This document shows positions 7,650 through 15,526 of a stretch of 17,612 nt of DNA, in pieces. How positions within the stretch are numbered: position 1 is the stretch's first letter; the number at the start of each line of letters is the position of its first letter. A model generated the notes under the pieces. The model did no database searches, was not told the DNA's origin, and saw only the letters and a program-made list of their open reading frames with translations. The position numbers and the translations under genes were made by a program. Location: contig JBEGVZ010000120.1 in NCBI GenBank assembly GCA_041178085.1, forward strand, positions 1 to 17,612. The letters run 5' to 3'. This DNA comes from Pseudomonadota bacterium (lineage in GTDB: Bacteria; Bdellovibrionota_B; Oligoflexia; Oligoflexales; RGVZ01).

Positions 7650-9956
7650 ATGAAAAATGTGAGTTGCAACCTCGCAGCACGCAGGCCGAATTCCCGTTTC
7701 TTTGCGAAACAGGCAATTTATTTGGCCTTTGGACTTGCAAGTTTCCTGGGCGGGGAAGTTGCATGGGCTCTGGACTGTTCCCAGGTCAATCAGCTCACCA
7801 AAACTTACTTCAATATCCATTTCTCGTTTTCCGACTGGTCGGATGATTTATCGCGTCGCACCCTCGACAACTTCATCAAGGCCTGGGACTCCGGGAAGAT
7901 TTATTTCCTCCAGGCCGACGTTGACAAATTCGCGAAGGAATTTGGTGATCAGCTTGACGACATGATCAAGGCCAACAACTGCAAGGCAATCACTGACATC
8001 ACAAACCTGTTCGCCCAGCGTTTTGCGGAACGCGACCAGGAAGCAGCAAAGCAGATTGAAGCCAAGCATGATTTTACGGTTGATGAGTATCTTGAGTTCG
8101 ATCGCAAGAACCAGTCCTGGGCTACGACTACAGAGGAAATCAACGACCGCTGGCGGAAGCGGGTAAAGTTCCAGCTGTTGCAACTCAAGGAATCCTTGAG
8201 TGACGTGGGCAAGGCACGCGAGAAGTTGATCAAGCGTTACAAGCTCGCTGGCAAGCGACAGCAGGAAATGACGATGGACGACGTCTATTCCCTGTTCCTG
8301 TCGTCATTTGCGACCGCTCTCGATCCTCACTCGGGATACCTAGCGGCGGAGGAACTGGAAGACTTCCGGATCCAGACGCGCCTTTCCCTTGAGGGCATCG
8401 GCGCAGTCCTGCGCAGTGAGGACGGATTCACCACCATCCAGAGCATTGTTCCCGGTGGTGCTGCCGCGCAGACAGGAAAGCTCAAGGCTGACGACAAGAT
8501 CATTGCCGTCGCCCAGGGCAAGGAAGCCCCAGTTGACGTGATTGACATGGAATTACGTGAAGTCGTGAAATTGATCCGCGGTACGCGTGGCACAGAGGTG
8601 CGCCTGACCATCCTGCGGGAGGCGAAAGGTAAGAGCATCCAGCTCGTTGTGCCTGTCGTGCGCGACAAGATCCAGCTCACAGACAGAGCGGCAAAATCCA
8701 AGGTTTACAGGGCTGAAATCGGTGCGACGGGTGGGCAGCCGGCGCGCAAGATCAGCATCGGCGTGATTTCACTGCCTTCTTTTTACATGGACTTCGAGGG
8801 GCGGCAAAATCGCGAGTCGAACTTCACGAGCAGCTCCGCAGACATGCTCCGCGAGTTGAAAAAAATGCGGGAACAGAAGGTTGACGGTGTTGTTGTCGAT
8901 CTGCGCAGCAACGGGGGCGGAAGCCTTGACGAGGCAATCAATGTCGCTGGGTTGTTTACCGGCAAAGGCCCGCAGGTGCAGATTCGCGGGTCTGACGGCA
9001 AGACGTTTGTCCAGCAGTACAAGGACGGAGCGGCTGCATGGGACGGTCCGCTTGCAGTTGTCATCAACCGCCAATCGGCCAGTGCCAGTGAGATCTTTGC
9101 CGGGGCGATCCAGGACTATGGGCGCGGCGTGATCATTGGGGGTCATCATACTTTCGGCAAGGGCACCGTTCAGAACCTTGAGAACCTGGACGAACGCCTC
9201 GGTGCCATCAAGGTAACGATCAGCAAGTTTTATCGCCCAGCAGGTTCCAGCACACAGTTACGTGGTGTGGAATCGGACATCGTGCTGCCCGACCTGATGG
9301 ATGAACTGGAAATCGGTGAAAAACATTACGACTATGCTTTGCCGTGGGAGAAAATTGGTGCGGCAGAGTTCAAAACCTATAACGAGGTGCTGGGTCATGT
9401 GCCAGTGCTGCGGACTGCCAGCAATGCCCGCGTCGCCAAGGATCCTGGCTTCAAGAAGATCCTCTCTGACATCAAGGAATTCCGGGACGGGGAGCCCAAT
9501 CGCAACCGAGTCAGCCTGAAGGAGAAAGTCGCCGACGCGAAAGGTCCGGGCGCAGAAAAAGCCAGTGGCAGCAAAGCACGCAAACGGGGCGCCAAGGCCA
9601 GCGGCAAGGGTGGCTCAAATCAGCCTGTGGACAGCGACGACATTAACGAGCCCGGGGAAAACCAGAACGCTGAGCTCGACGTTAGAGATGATTTCGTGCT
9701 TCAGGAGTCGATCCGAGTGGCTGCCGATTACGTGCAGTTGCTGCAAAAGATGCAGCTCGCGGAGGTCCGTTTGCCAGAGGTAGGCCCGTCAAAGCTGCTG
9801 GCAGCTGAAGAGAAGAAACAAAAGAAGGCCAAGGCTGAGCAGATGGCTAAGGGCAAGTCTTCGACGGAAGCGGCTCCGCTGCCAGACAAGAGTCCACAGC
9901 GTCCGCCCGCATCAGGATCCATCACGACCGGTAAGGAAATTCCGGCGAAGCGCTAA
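7650..9956 (+). CDS. prc: Carboxy-terminal processing (tail-specific) protease, peptidase S41A with PDZ domain
   Basis: ATG 7650 follows GGAG; signal peptide ends in AWA. Motifs LDPHSGY, PDZ LEGIGAVL, SLPSFY, DLRSNGGGSL, catalytic SASASEI and GKGTVQ, and KFYRPAGSSTQLRGVESDI. Confidence 0.95.
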   Translation: MKNVSCNLAARRPNSRFFAKQAIYLAFGLASFLGGEVAWALDCSQVNQLTKTYFNIHFSFSDWSDDLSRRTLDNFIKAWDSGKIYFLQADVDKFAKEFGDQLDDMIKANNCKAITDITNLFAQRFAERDQEAAKQIEAKHDFTVDEYLEFDRKNQSWATTTEEINDRWRKRVKFQLLQLKESLSDVGKAREKLIKRYKLAGKRQQEMTMDDVYSLFLSSFATALDPHSGYLAAEELEDFRIQTRLSLEGIGAVLRSEDGFTTIQSIVPGGAAAQTGKLKADDKIIAVAQGKEAPVDVIDMELREVVKLIRGTRGTEVRLTILREAKGKSIQLVVPVVRDKIQLTDRAAKSKVYRAEIGATGGQPARKISIGVISLPSFYMDFEGRQNRESNFTSSSADMLRELKKMREQKVDGVVVDLRSNGGGSLDEAINVAGLFTGKGPQVQIRGSDGKTFVQQYKDGAAAWDGPLAVVINRQSASASEIFAGAIQDYGRGVIIGGHHTFGKGTVQNLENLDERLGAIKVTISKFYRPAGSSTQLRGVESDIVLPDLMDELEIGEKHYDYALPWEKIGAAEFKTYNEVLGHVPVLRTASNARVAKDPGFKKILSDIKEFRDGEPNRNRVSLKEKVADAKGPGAEKASGSKARKRGAKASGKGGSNQPVDSDDINEPGENQNAELDVRDDFVLQESIRVAADYVQLLQKMQLAEVRLPEVGPSKLLAAEEKKQKKAKAEQMAKGKSSTEAAPLPDKSPQRPPASGSITTGKEIPAKR

Positions 9957-9971
9957 CCGCGCGCGATCGCC

Positions 9972-11135
9972 TTAGTCCTTTAGCGGCAACGTGATGGTGA
10001 AGGTGGCGCCCTTCCCGCCCTTGCTGGCGACAGTGAGCTGGCCACCCATGCCAGTCACCAGACCGTAACATATTGACAGTCCAAGCCCGGTGCCTTCACC
10101 GGGCTCTTTCGTGGTAAAGAACGGATCAAAAATCTTGCTGATGTGCTCCGGCGGAATTCCCTTTCCCGTGTCCGCCACCTCTATCACCAGGAGTTTTTTA
10201 TTGGCGTCGTTCGACACAGTTATCCCCAGTTCTCCGCCTTTTGGCATCGCCTGTATGGCGTTTTGCAGGAGGTTGAGGACAACCTGGATGATTTGATTCT
10301 TGTCGCCCAGGATCTTTGATTGCTTTGCCTTGAAACTTTCCCGCACCCGGATGTTCTGATTTTGTTTGAGAGTAATCTTGGCGAACCTCAGCGCGGAGGC
10401 GACCGCCTCCAGCCCGTCGATCACTGCGAGTTTTGTCTTGCCGATCCGGGTTTCGTCCGGCTGCGCCCGGGCAAAGTCGAGCAGGCTTTCGACAATGGCT
10501 TTGCAGCGTTGTGCGGCAGCTTCTATTTCCACAACGTCGGTGCGGTAAGGGCTGTCCTCCGGGATATCTTTCAGCAGCATCTGCGAAAAGATGAGGATGC
10601 CTCCCAGGGGATTATTGATTTCGTGGGCGATACCGCCGGCGAGCAAGCCGATAGATGCAAGTTTCTCATTTTGTACCAGCTTTTGCTGAAGCTGAACCGC
10701 TTCGGTGCGGTCGTGATAGACATGCACCGCGGCTGGGCCGCTGTCACCGATGTTGAATGGCTGGGAAGTCACTTCATAGATGCGACCAGGCAGTGTGTTC
10801 ACTAAAGGGAATGCACAAGCTTTGTTGTTCTTGATGGTGTCTTTGAGCTGGCATCCATCGCAAGGCTTGTCGCGACCTGCAAGCATTTTGTGACATTTTG
10901 CACCGACGATGTCCTTGATGTTCCCTGGTTTGATACCTGACAGCCTGGCTGCGGCGACGTTGGCCTTTTGAATTTTGTAGTCGGCGCCGATGATTATCAG
11001 AGGATCAATCAGGGCATCGATCGTGGCCACCCACTGCCGCTTGAGGGACTCGACAAACTTAAGTGTGTCGAGGGTTGTTTCTTCCTTCTTTTGGCCTGCA
11101 GCCGGCTTTTTGCCTTGTCGTTTTGCCTCTGGCAT
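9972..11135 (-). CDS. Cytoplasmic PAS-domain sensor histidine kinase (NtrB-like HisKA + HATPase)
   Basis: H-box [22 protein letters not shown]-box [10 protein letters not shown]1 DTGKGI, F-box FDPFFTTK and G2 GTGLGL. N-terminal PAS ([20 protein letters not shown]), no TM helix, RBS GGAGA. Confidence 0.95.
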   Translation of the reverse strand: MPEAKRQGKKPAAGQKKEETTLDTLKFVESLKRQWVATIDALIDPLIIIGADYKIQKANVAAARLSGIKPGNIKDIVGAKCHKMLAGRDKPCDGCQLKDTIKNNKACAFPLVNTLPGRIYEVTSQPFNIGDSGPAAVHVYHDRTEAVQLQQKLVQNEKLASIGLLAGGIAHEINNPLGGILIFSQMLLKDIPEDSPYRTDVVEIEAAAQRCKAIVESLLDFARAQPDETRIGKTKLAVIDGLEAVASALRFAKITLKQNQNIRVRESFKAKQSKILGDKNQIIQVVLNLLQNAIQAMPKGGELGITVSNDANKKLLVIEVADTGKGIPPEHISKIFDPFFTTKEPGEGTGLGLSICYGLVTGMGGQLTVASKGGKGATFTITLPLKD

Positions 11136-11209
11136 CGCGCGGTCTCCATTCTTAATTCAACAATCCTATCACTGGCTTGGCAGCTTTTGCAGGGTGCCAA
11201 AAAAATATT

Positions 11210-11237
11210 TAAAGTCCGGCCGGTGAAATGCCGATAG
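11210..11237 (+). promoter_or_regulatory. Sigma-28 (FliA/SigD)-type promoter TAAA-N16-GCCGATAG
   Basis: TAAA(G) at 11210-11214 and GCCGATAG at 11230-11237. Matches the established TAAA-N15/16-GCCGATAA consensus. Confidence 0.72.
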
Positions 11238-11243
11238 TAGCGA

Positions 11244-12179
11244 ATGCTTTTTCCACCTTGGCCATCGTGGCGCATGTTGCTGGCAGTTGCTGCTGTCACC
11301 GGGGCTTGTCAACCCCGAGTGCAGATTGGCGGGACTGGCGGAGGAATGGTTGGTTCTGGCCAAAATCTGGGCGGAACTGGCCGTCAGATGCCTCTTCCCA
11401 CAAGCCAATGGCCGTCAACGACCGGAGGCGGCGCCCAACCCGCACCTGATGTCTCGTCCGGCAGCGCTAACTTCTCCCAGTACGGTGGCTACTTTTATCA
11501 CCCCCAAAAACAGGGGCGTGCCAACCTTCGCAACGGGCGACTTGACGTTGACATCTCTGCGGCAGAGGTTCGAGTTTCTCTGGGCGGGCTCTCAGCAGAT
11601 TCAAAAGAGGGGGACGTCAGGAATGGCGCGGCTGGCATCAACGGATTGACCGTATATTCGCGCGTTCCAGCCAGTTCCCTTCCTCCAGGTGCTGAATTTC
11701 AGAAAGCGCCTTTCCTGATTTTTTCCAATGCCGTTCGCAATAACAAGGGAGCCTTATTCACGACAGGTCCTGGTGAATTCTTTCCGGCGTTTGCGCTTGC
11801 CGGAGGCAGCGAGGGGGATTTTGCCAGTTTGACGCCCCCCGGTGCATCGCTGCGTTATCCGGTGACTTTCACGGCTCCAGATGGAAGAGGGTTTCGGACG
11901 ACCATCGTCGTGCAGCGCGTGACCAAGGGCAACGGTCCATGCGGTGAGTTCTCTGGATTTACCCCACTGCTCGCCAGGGGCGCAGAATATTTCGGTCTGA
12001 AAATAGAACTCAGTCCCCCGCCAGGTGCAGACTTCGCAAACGGATTTCCCGTCGGGACGACGTTCTATGCAGTCCGCTACGCCAACGGAGGTATCGTAAG
12101 CAATCTGGGCAGTTGTTCAGTTTACTGGGACGACAAGCAAAAAGTCAGTGGCTATGTCCGCCTGGAGTTCAATAGATAA
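11244..12179 (+). CDS. Hypothetical lipoprotein A (paralog of 12277-13179)
   Basis: Signal WRMLLAVAAVTGA-C, a Gly-rich linker, then a ~230-aa domain that aligns by eye with the next gene. Confidence 0.8.
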   Translation: MLFPPWPSWRMLLAVAAVTGACQPRVQIGGTGGGMVGSGQNLGGTGRQMPLPTSQWPSTTGGGAQPAPDVSSGSANFSQYGGYFYHPQKQGRANLRNGRLDVDISAAEVRVSLGGLSADSKEGDVRNGAAGINGLTVYSRVPASSLPPGAEFQKAPFLIFSNAVRNNKGALFTTGPGEFFPAFALAGGSEGDFASLTPPGASLRYPVTFTAPDGRGFRTTIVVQRVTKGNGPCGEFSGFTPLLARGAEYFGLKIELSPPPGADFANGFPVGTTFYAVRYANGGIVSNLGSCSVYWDDKQKVSGYVRLEFNR

Positions 12180-12204
12180 TTTATCCAATAAAAACAGTAT
12201 CTTG

Positions 12205-12232
12205 AGCCCCGCTTCTGCGGGGCTAAATTTTT
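12205..12232 (+). terminator. Probable intrinsic terminator after lipoprotein A
   Basis: 8-bp stem AGCCCCGC/GCGGGGCT with a TTCT loop, followed by AAATTTTT (imperfect U tract). Confidence 0.6.
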
Positions 12233-12251
12233 CCTCCCGATTTGCCGATAG
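12224..12251 (+). promoter_or_regulatory. Second sigma-28-type promoter TAAA-N16-GCCGATAG
   Basis: TAAA at 12224-12227 and GCCGATAG at 12244-12251. Same boxes and spacing as 11210-11237, with a different spacer sequence. Confidence 0.72.
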
Positions 12252-12276
12252 ATCTTGCGGTTAATGGAGGTTACGG

Positions 12277-13179
12277 GTGACCGGATTGTCCGCCAAGAGA
12301 GGTTCGTACCTGGCTGGGAGCTTTTCACTGCTTCTGCTGCTTTTATCTTGTAGCGGTGGGCCAGTATTGCAAGCCCCCGATCCAGTGCTCGGGGCCGGAC
12401 GTGGCCGGCTGCGGGACTCAAAATTGCCCCAAAGTAACATTGCCGATGAGCAGGAGGGCACCAGCAAGGCGGCATTCAGCCAGTCGAGTGGGCGTTTCGA
12501 ACATCCAAGCGACCAAAGCAATATCACCGGCGGCAGGATGGAGGTCGTCCTCGAACCTGGTCTGATCTCATTAAGCATCAGCAATTTTAGCTCTGATTCA
12601 GGTCAAAAGAAGGTTCGTGAGGCGGTCAGCCGTATCCCTGGAACTTCCACTTACGAGCGCGTTTCTGCAAAGTCATTGCCGTCGGATGCCAAGTTCCGCG
12701 AGCACCGCTACCTTGTGTTCGCAAAATCAGTCACCAACAAGCAAGGCAAGAAGTTCAGCGCCGCGGAAGGTGACTTTTTTCCCGTCGTTGTGGTCGCAGA
12801 CGGCGATAGCAGTGCATACGCCAGCTTGACCCGGGGACCGGTGAGTTATCAGGTCCGGTTCACCTCGCCGGCTAGTTTTACAGCGACGTTTACAGTCAGC
12901 CGTGCCACCGCTGGAACGCTTGCTTTTAACGGTATTTCCTGTGGAGCCTTCAACGCGGCGGGTGCCCGATTGAAAGACCAGTCGAAGGCATACGGAGTAA
13001 AGATTGAGGTGAGTGGAATTCCTCAAAATTTGCTCAATGACTTTCCCGTGCCAAGTGGTTTGTATGTCGTTGCTCTGGGCAACGGCGGGATGGTTGCCAA
13101 TATTGGAAGCTGTTCTTTGTTTTACGACTCAGAGAACAGCAAGACCGGTTTTACGAAACTGGAGTTCCAAAGGTCTTGA
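12277..13179 (+). CDS. Hypothetical lipoprotein B (paralog of 11244-12179)
   Basis: GTG start with GGAGG at 12266-12270. Signal KR..FSLLLLLLS-C. Homologous blocks shared with lipoprotein A. Confidence 0.82.
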   Translation: MTGLSAKRGSYLAGSFSLLLLLLSCSGGPVLQAPDPVLGAGRGRLRDSKLPQSNIADEQEGTSKAAFSQSSGRFEHPSDQSNITGGRMEVVLEPGLISLSISNFSSDSGQKKVREAVSRIPGTSTYERVSAKSLPSDAKFREHRYLVFAKSVTNKQGKKFSAAEGDFFPVVVVADGDSSAYASLTRGPVSYQVRFTSPASFTATFTVSRATAGTLAFNGISCGAFNAAGARLKDQSKAYGVKIEVSGIPQNLLNDFPVPSGLYVVALGNGGMVANIGSCSLFYDSENSKTGFTKLEFQRS

Positions 13180-13208
13180 TTGTTTGAATCCTTTCGGGGG
13201 GGAGCGAC

Positions 13209-14111
13209 ATGTCAGGTTTGATCCAGATCGCAAACTTGCTTGATGGCCAGAGGCGGCTGTCGAAGGTCGGTCTTTGCAGCGTGATGCTGCTTGCAGGGGC
13301 CTGCGCAGCACCTGCCCCTCAACCTGCGGGTAACCCGCAAGGTGGAATGGATGCCGAGAGTGGTTCTCCGTGCACGGAACCCGGCAAGTCAGAAATTGCC
13401 AAGTCAGCGGGTGCGAGCGCGATTGAGCGTCTTTGCAGCTACCAGAGAAGCCTGATCGATGACTCAAAGTATTTCTACAACGGTCCAGGCGGGACCAAGA
13501 CAGCACCTCTCTTCCCTTCATCCCCGGCCGAGGAAGTTGGCAAGTTGACCGAAGGTGCTCAGAACGTGGCGCGCCTGGTCTTCTATACTGGGCTCAAGGT
13601 CGCCTCCAAGGATCCTCAGGCGGTGGCGGATGTGCTGCGCTTGCAAACCCACTTTCCAAGTGAGTACAAGTCCAACGGCTTCACGGCCGAGGCCGATGTC
13701 ACGTTTACCCCTTCCAGCCCGGACCTGGTAAAGTTTTCTGGCACGTCCTACAGCTATCTCAAGCCCGCACAAGGGACTGACAAAAGGATCGAATATCAGG
13801 GGCGCGTCGAGATCTTCTCGTTCGGCGGCGGCGGCGTTGCGGTCGTGGACAAGCTAGTGCAGAACGTCAACAACTCAATGCTGATCCAGCACAACGGCTT
13901 GCTTTTGATAATTCCGGACAAGGACTACGTTGCGGTGATTGGGCGTACCGAGCAGGTTTTGGGAGCTGAGCGGCAGTCCTTGCAACAAGTGCAAGACAAG
14001 CTGGCTTTGCGGGTCACCGCTGCGGTTGAGCGGGACTTTTTGAACTACAAACGGGCAGCGGATGCCAAGAAAGTCATGGATGACAAGCGTTCAAAATCAA
14101 GCGGCAAATAA
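13209..14111 (+). CDS. Hypothetical lipoprotein C
   Basis: RBS GGGGGGGAG before ATG 13209. RRLSK followed by VGLCSVMLLAGA-C lipobox and a Pro/Gly linker. No visible similarity to A or B. Confidence 0.75.
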   Translation: MSGLIQIANLLDGQRRLSKVGLCSVMLLAGACAAPAPQPAGNPQGGMDAESGSPCTEPGKSEIAKSAGASAIERLCSYQRSLIDDSKYFYNGPGGTKTAPLFPSSPAEEVGKLTEGAQNVARLVFYTGLKVASKDPQAVADVLRLQTHFPSEYKSNGFTAEADVTFTPSSPDLVKFSGTSYSYLKPAQGTDKRIEYQGRVEIFSFGGGGVAVVDKLVQNVNNSMLIQHNGLLLIIPDKDYVAVIGRTEQVLGAERQSLQQVQDKLALRVTAAVERDFLNYKRAADAKKVMDDKRSKSSGK

Positions 14112-14805
14112 ACCGGTCATCGAACTAAGATTGGTGGCCAAGTCTTTCGAGCTTGGCCGGTCCTCCATCGGGGCCTTGCACTCTGTCTCCTTAGAAGCGT
14201 CTTCCGGCGTCATGACGGCTCTGGTGGGGCCGTCGGGATCGGGAAAGACCACGATCCTGAACCTCGTTGGCGCCCTTGATCATCCGTCCTCAGGCTCTGT
14301 GATTGTGGCCGGGCAGGAGCTCGGCAGGATGGGACCAGATGCGCTGGCAGATTTCCGGAACCGGACCGTTGGGTTCGTGTTCCAGAACTTTAACCTGATC
14401 CCGGTGTTGACAACGCTTGAAAACGTCTTGCTGCCAGGACAGCTTGGGCGCATATCCCTGCCTGATACAGAGCTGGTGCAGCGTGCCCGTCAGTTGCTGG
14501 AGCGAGTCGGTTTATCCGGACAGATGGACCAGCCAGTGAATCGCCTTTCAGGTGGTCAGATGCAGCGTGTTTCCGTTGCCCGCGCCTTGCTCAATCGGCC
14601 CAGGGTGATCCTCGCAGATGAGCCGACGGCCAACCTGGACCATGCGACGTCAGAAAAGGTTCTGGCCCTGCTGAAGTCCTTGTGCGCTGAAGAGGATTCG
14701 GCGGTCTTGATTGCAACCCACGACCCTGCGGTGCTGCCATACTGTGACCGCATCATCCGCATGCGCGACGGCGCTATTGCTGGGATTGAAGATACTCGCG
14801 TGTGA
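14080..14805 (+). CDS. ABC transporter ATP-binding protein, LolD/MacB(N)/FtsE-like
   Basis: Walker A GPSGSGKTT, Q-loop GFVFQNFNLIP, signature LSGGQMQRV, Walker B/D-loop ILADEPTANLD and H-loop ATHD. Start is ATG 14080 or 14062; both overlap the end of lipoprotein C. Confidence 0.93.
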   Translation: MTSVQNQAANKPVIELRLVAKSFELGRSSIGALHSVSLEASSGVMTALVGPSGSGKTTILNLVGALDHPSSGSVIVAGQELGRMGPDALADFRNRTVGFVFQNFNLIPVLTTLENVLLPGQLGRISLPDTELVQRARQLLERVGLSGQMDQPVNRLSGGQMQRVSVARALLNRPRVILADEPTANLDHATSEKVLALLKSLCAEEDSAVLIATHDPAVLPYCDRIIRMRDGAIAGIEDTRV

Positions 14806-15526
14806 ACACGCGATCAGGGATTTTCTTTCGCGTCATTTCCAGCGTTGACCAGATGCTGAACTTCCCCTTGGTGACGTTGTCATCCATGCGCAGTTTGTCC
14901 GGGCGGACCATCCCGCCCAGTTCGCGCATTGAGACAACCGATAACGTCTTCAGCAGCTTGCCGGATATCCCGTAAAAGCGGGCTCCGAGTGGAAACGAAT
15001 CTGCCGGACGCACAAAGTAATGGATCTTCGCGTATGGGGCATCGTCCGTGACAGCGGTCAGCTCCAGTCGCAAGGCCTTTTCCTTGCCAATGGTTTCCTC
15101 GCCGGCAAGTTTCGGTTCGTATTCCTTTTCGGTATCAATCTGAAACAGGTCGGCAATCGCAAAGGCGCTGTTTCCGATCAGTTCGCGACGTGAAACCGGC
15201 ACGACCCTTTTGGAGTCCGGCAACGTTGAAAAATAGTTTCTTCCTAGCGCCAGCATGCGCCGGCCGCGTTCCTCCGATGGGGCAAGGAACTCCGAGTAGG
15301 AGCGTCGTCCAGTAGTGGCGAGAAGTTTCATCGTGTAGGAGCTTTCGGTGCCGCGACTGGTCGTATCCAGCTTGATCTTCATCTCGCTACTTTCAGGGGC
15401 GCGAATTTCTTCTGCACGGCGCATGATGGAGCGGGGATCCCCAGGGGCGTTGGCCGCAAGGGCCAGGGCACCTGGAACAAATGCGCATGCCAAAATAACG
15501 CCAGCCATAACGTTCCTGTGCATCAT
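14774..15526 (-). CDS. Outer-membrane lipoprotein-sorting protein (LolA-like family)
   Basis: Signal peptide (ALA-LA), FLAPSEERGRRMLA, LIGNSAFAIADL, PYAKIHYFV, FYGISGKLLKTL and IPDRVFTREYL, typical of LolA_like proteins. ATGA overlap with the permease stop. Confidence 0.85.
   Translation of the reverse strand: MMHRNVMAGVILACAFVPGALALAANAPGDPRSIMRRAEEIRAPESSEMKIKLDTTSRGTESSYTMKLLATTGRRSYSEFLAPSEERGRRMLALGRNYFSTLPDSKRVVPVSRRELIGNSAFAIADLFQIDTEKEYEPKLAGEETIGKEKALRLELTAVTDDAPYAKIHYFVRPADSFPLGARFYGISGKLLKTLSVVSMRELGGMVRPDKLRMDDNVTKGKFSIWSTLEMTRKKIPDRVFTREYLQSQQ

Noticed and set aside
7013..7846. 277-aa ORF on +, and the many other overlapping or antisense ORFs in the track (e.g. 220-852, 650-1255, 7230-7820, 16934-17386)
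   Set aside because: Shadow frames of well-supported genes in GC-rich DNA, with no recognisable motifs.
11177..11190. TTGGCAGCTTTTGC as a sigma-54 promoter
   Set aside because: The GG-to-GC spacing is 8 nt, not the required 10.
11328..11432. Short repeated GGCGG-type words in lipoprotein A
   Set aside because: Explained by the Gly-rich linker codons (GGTGGG, GGTG, TGGG); not a DNA repeat element.
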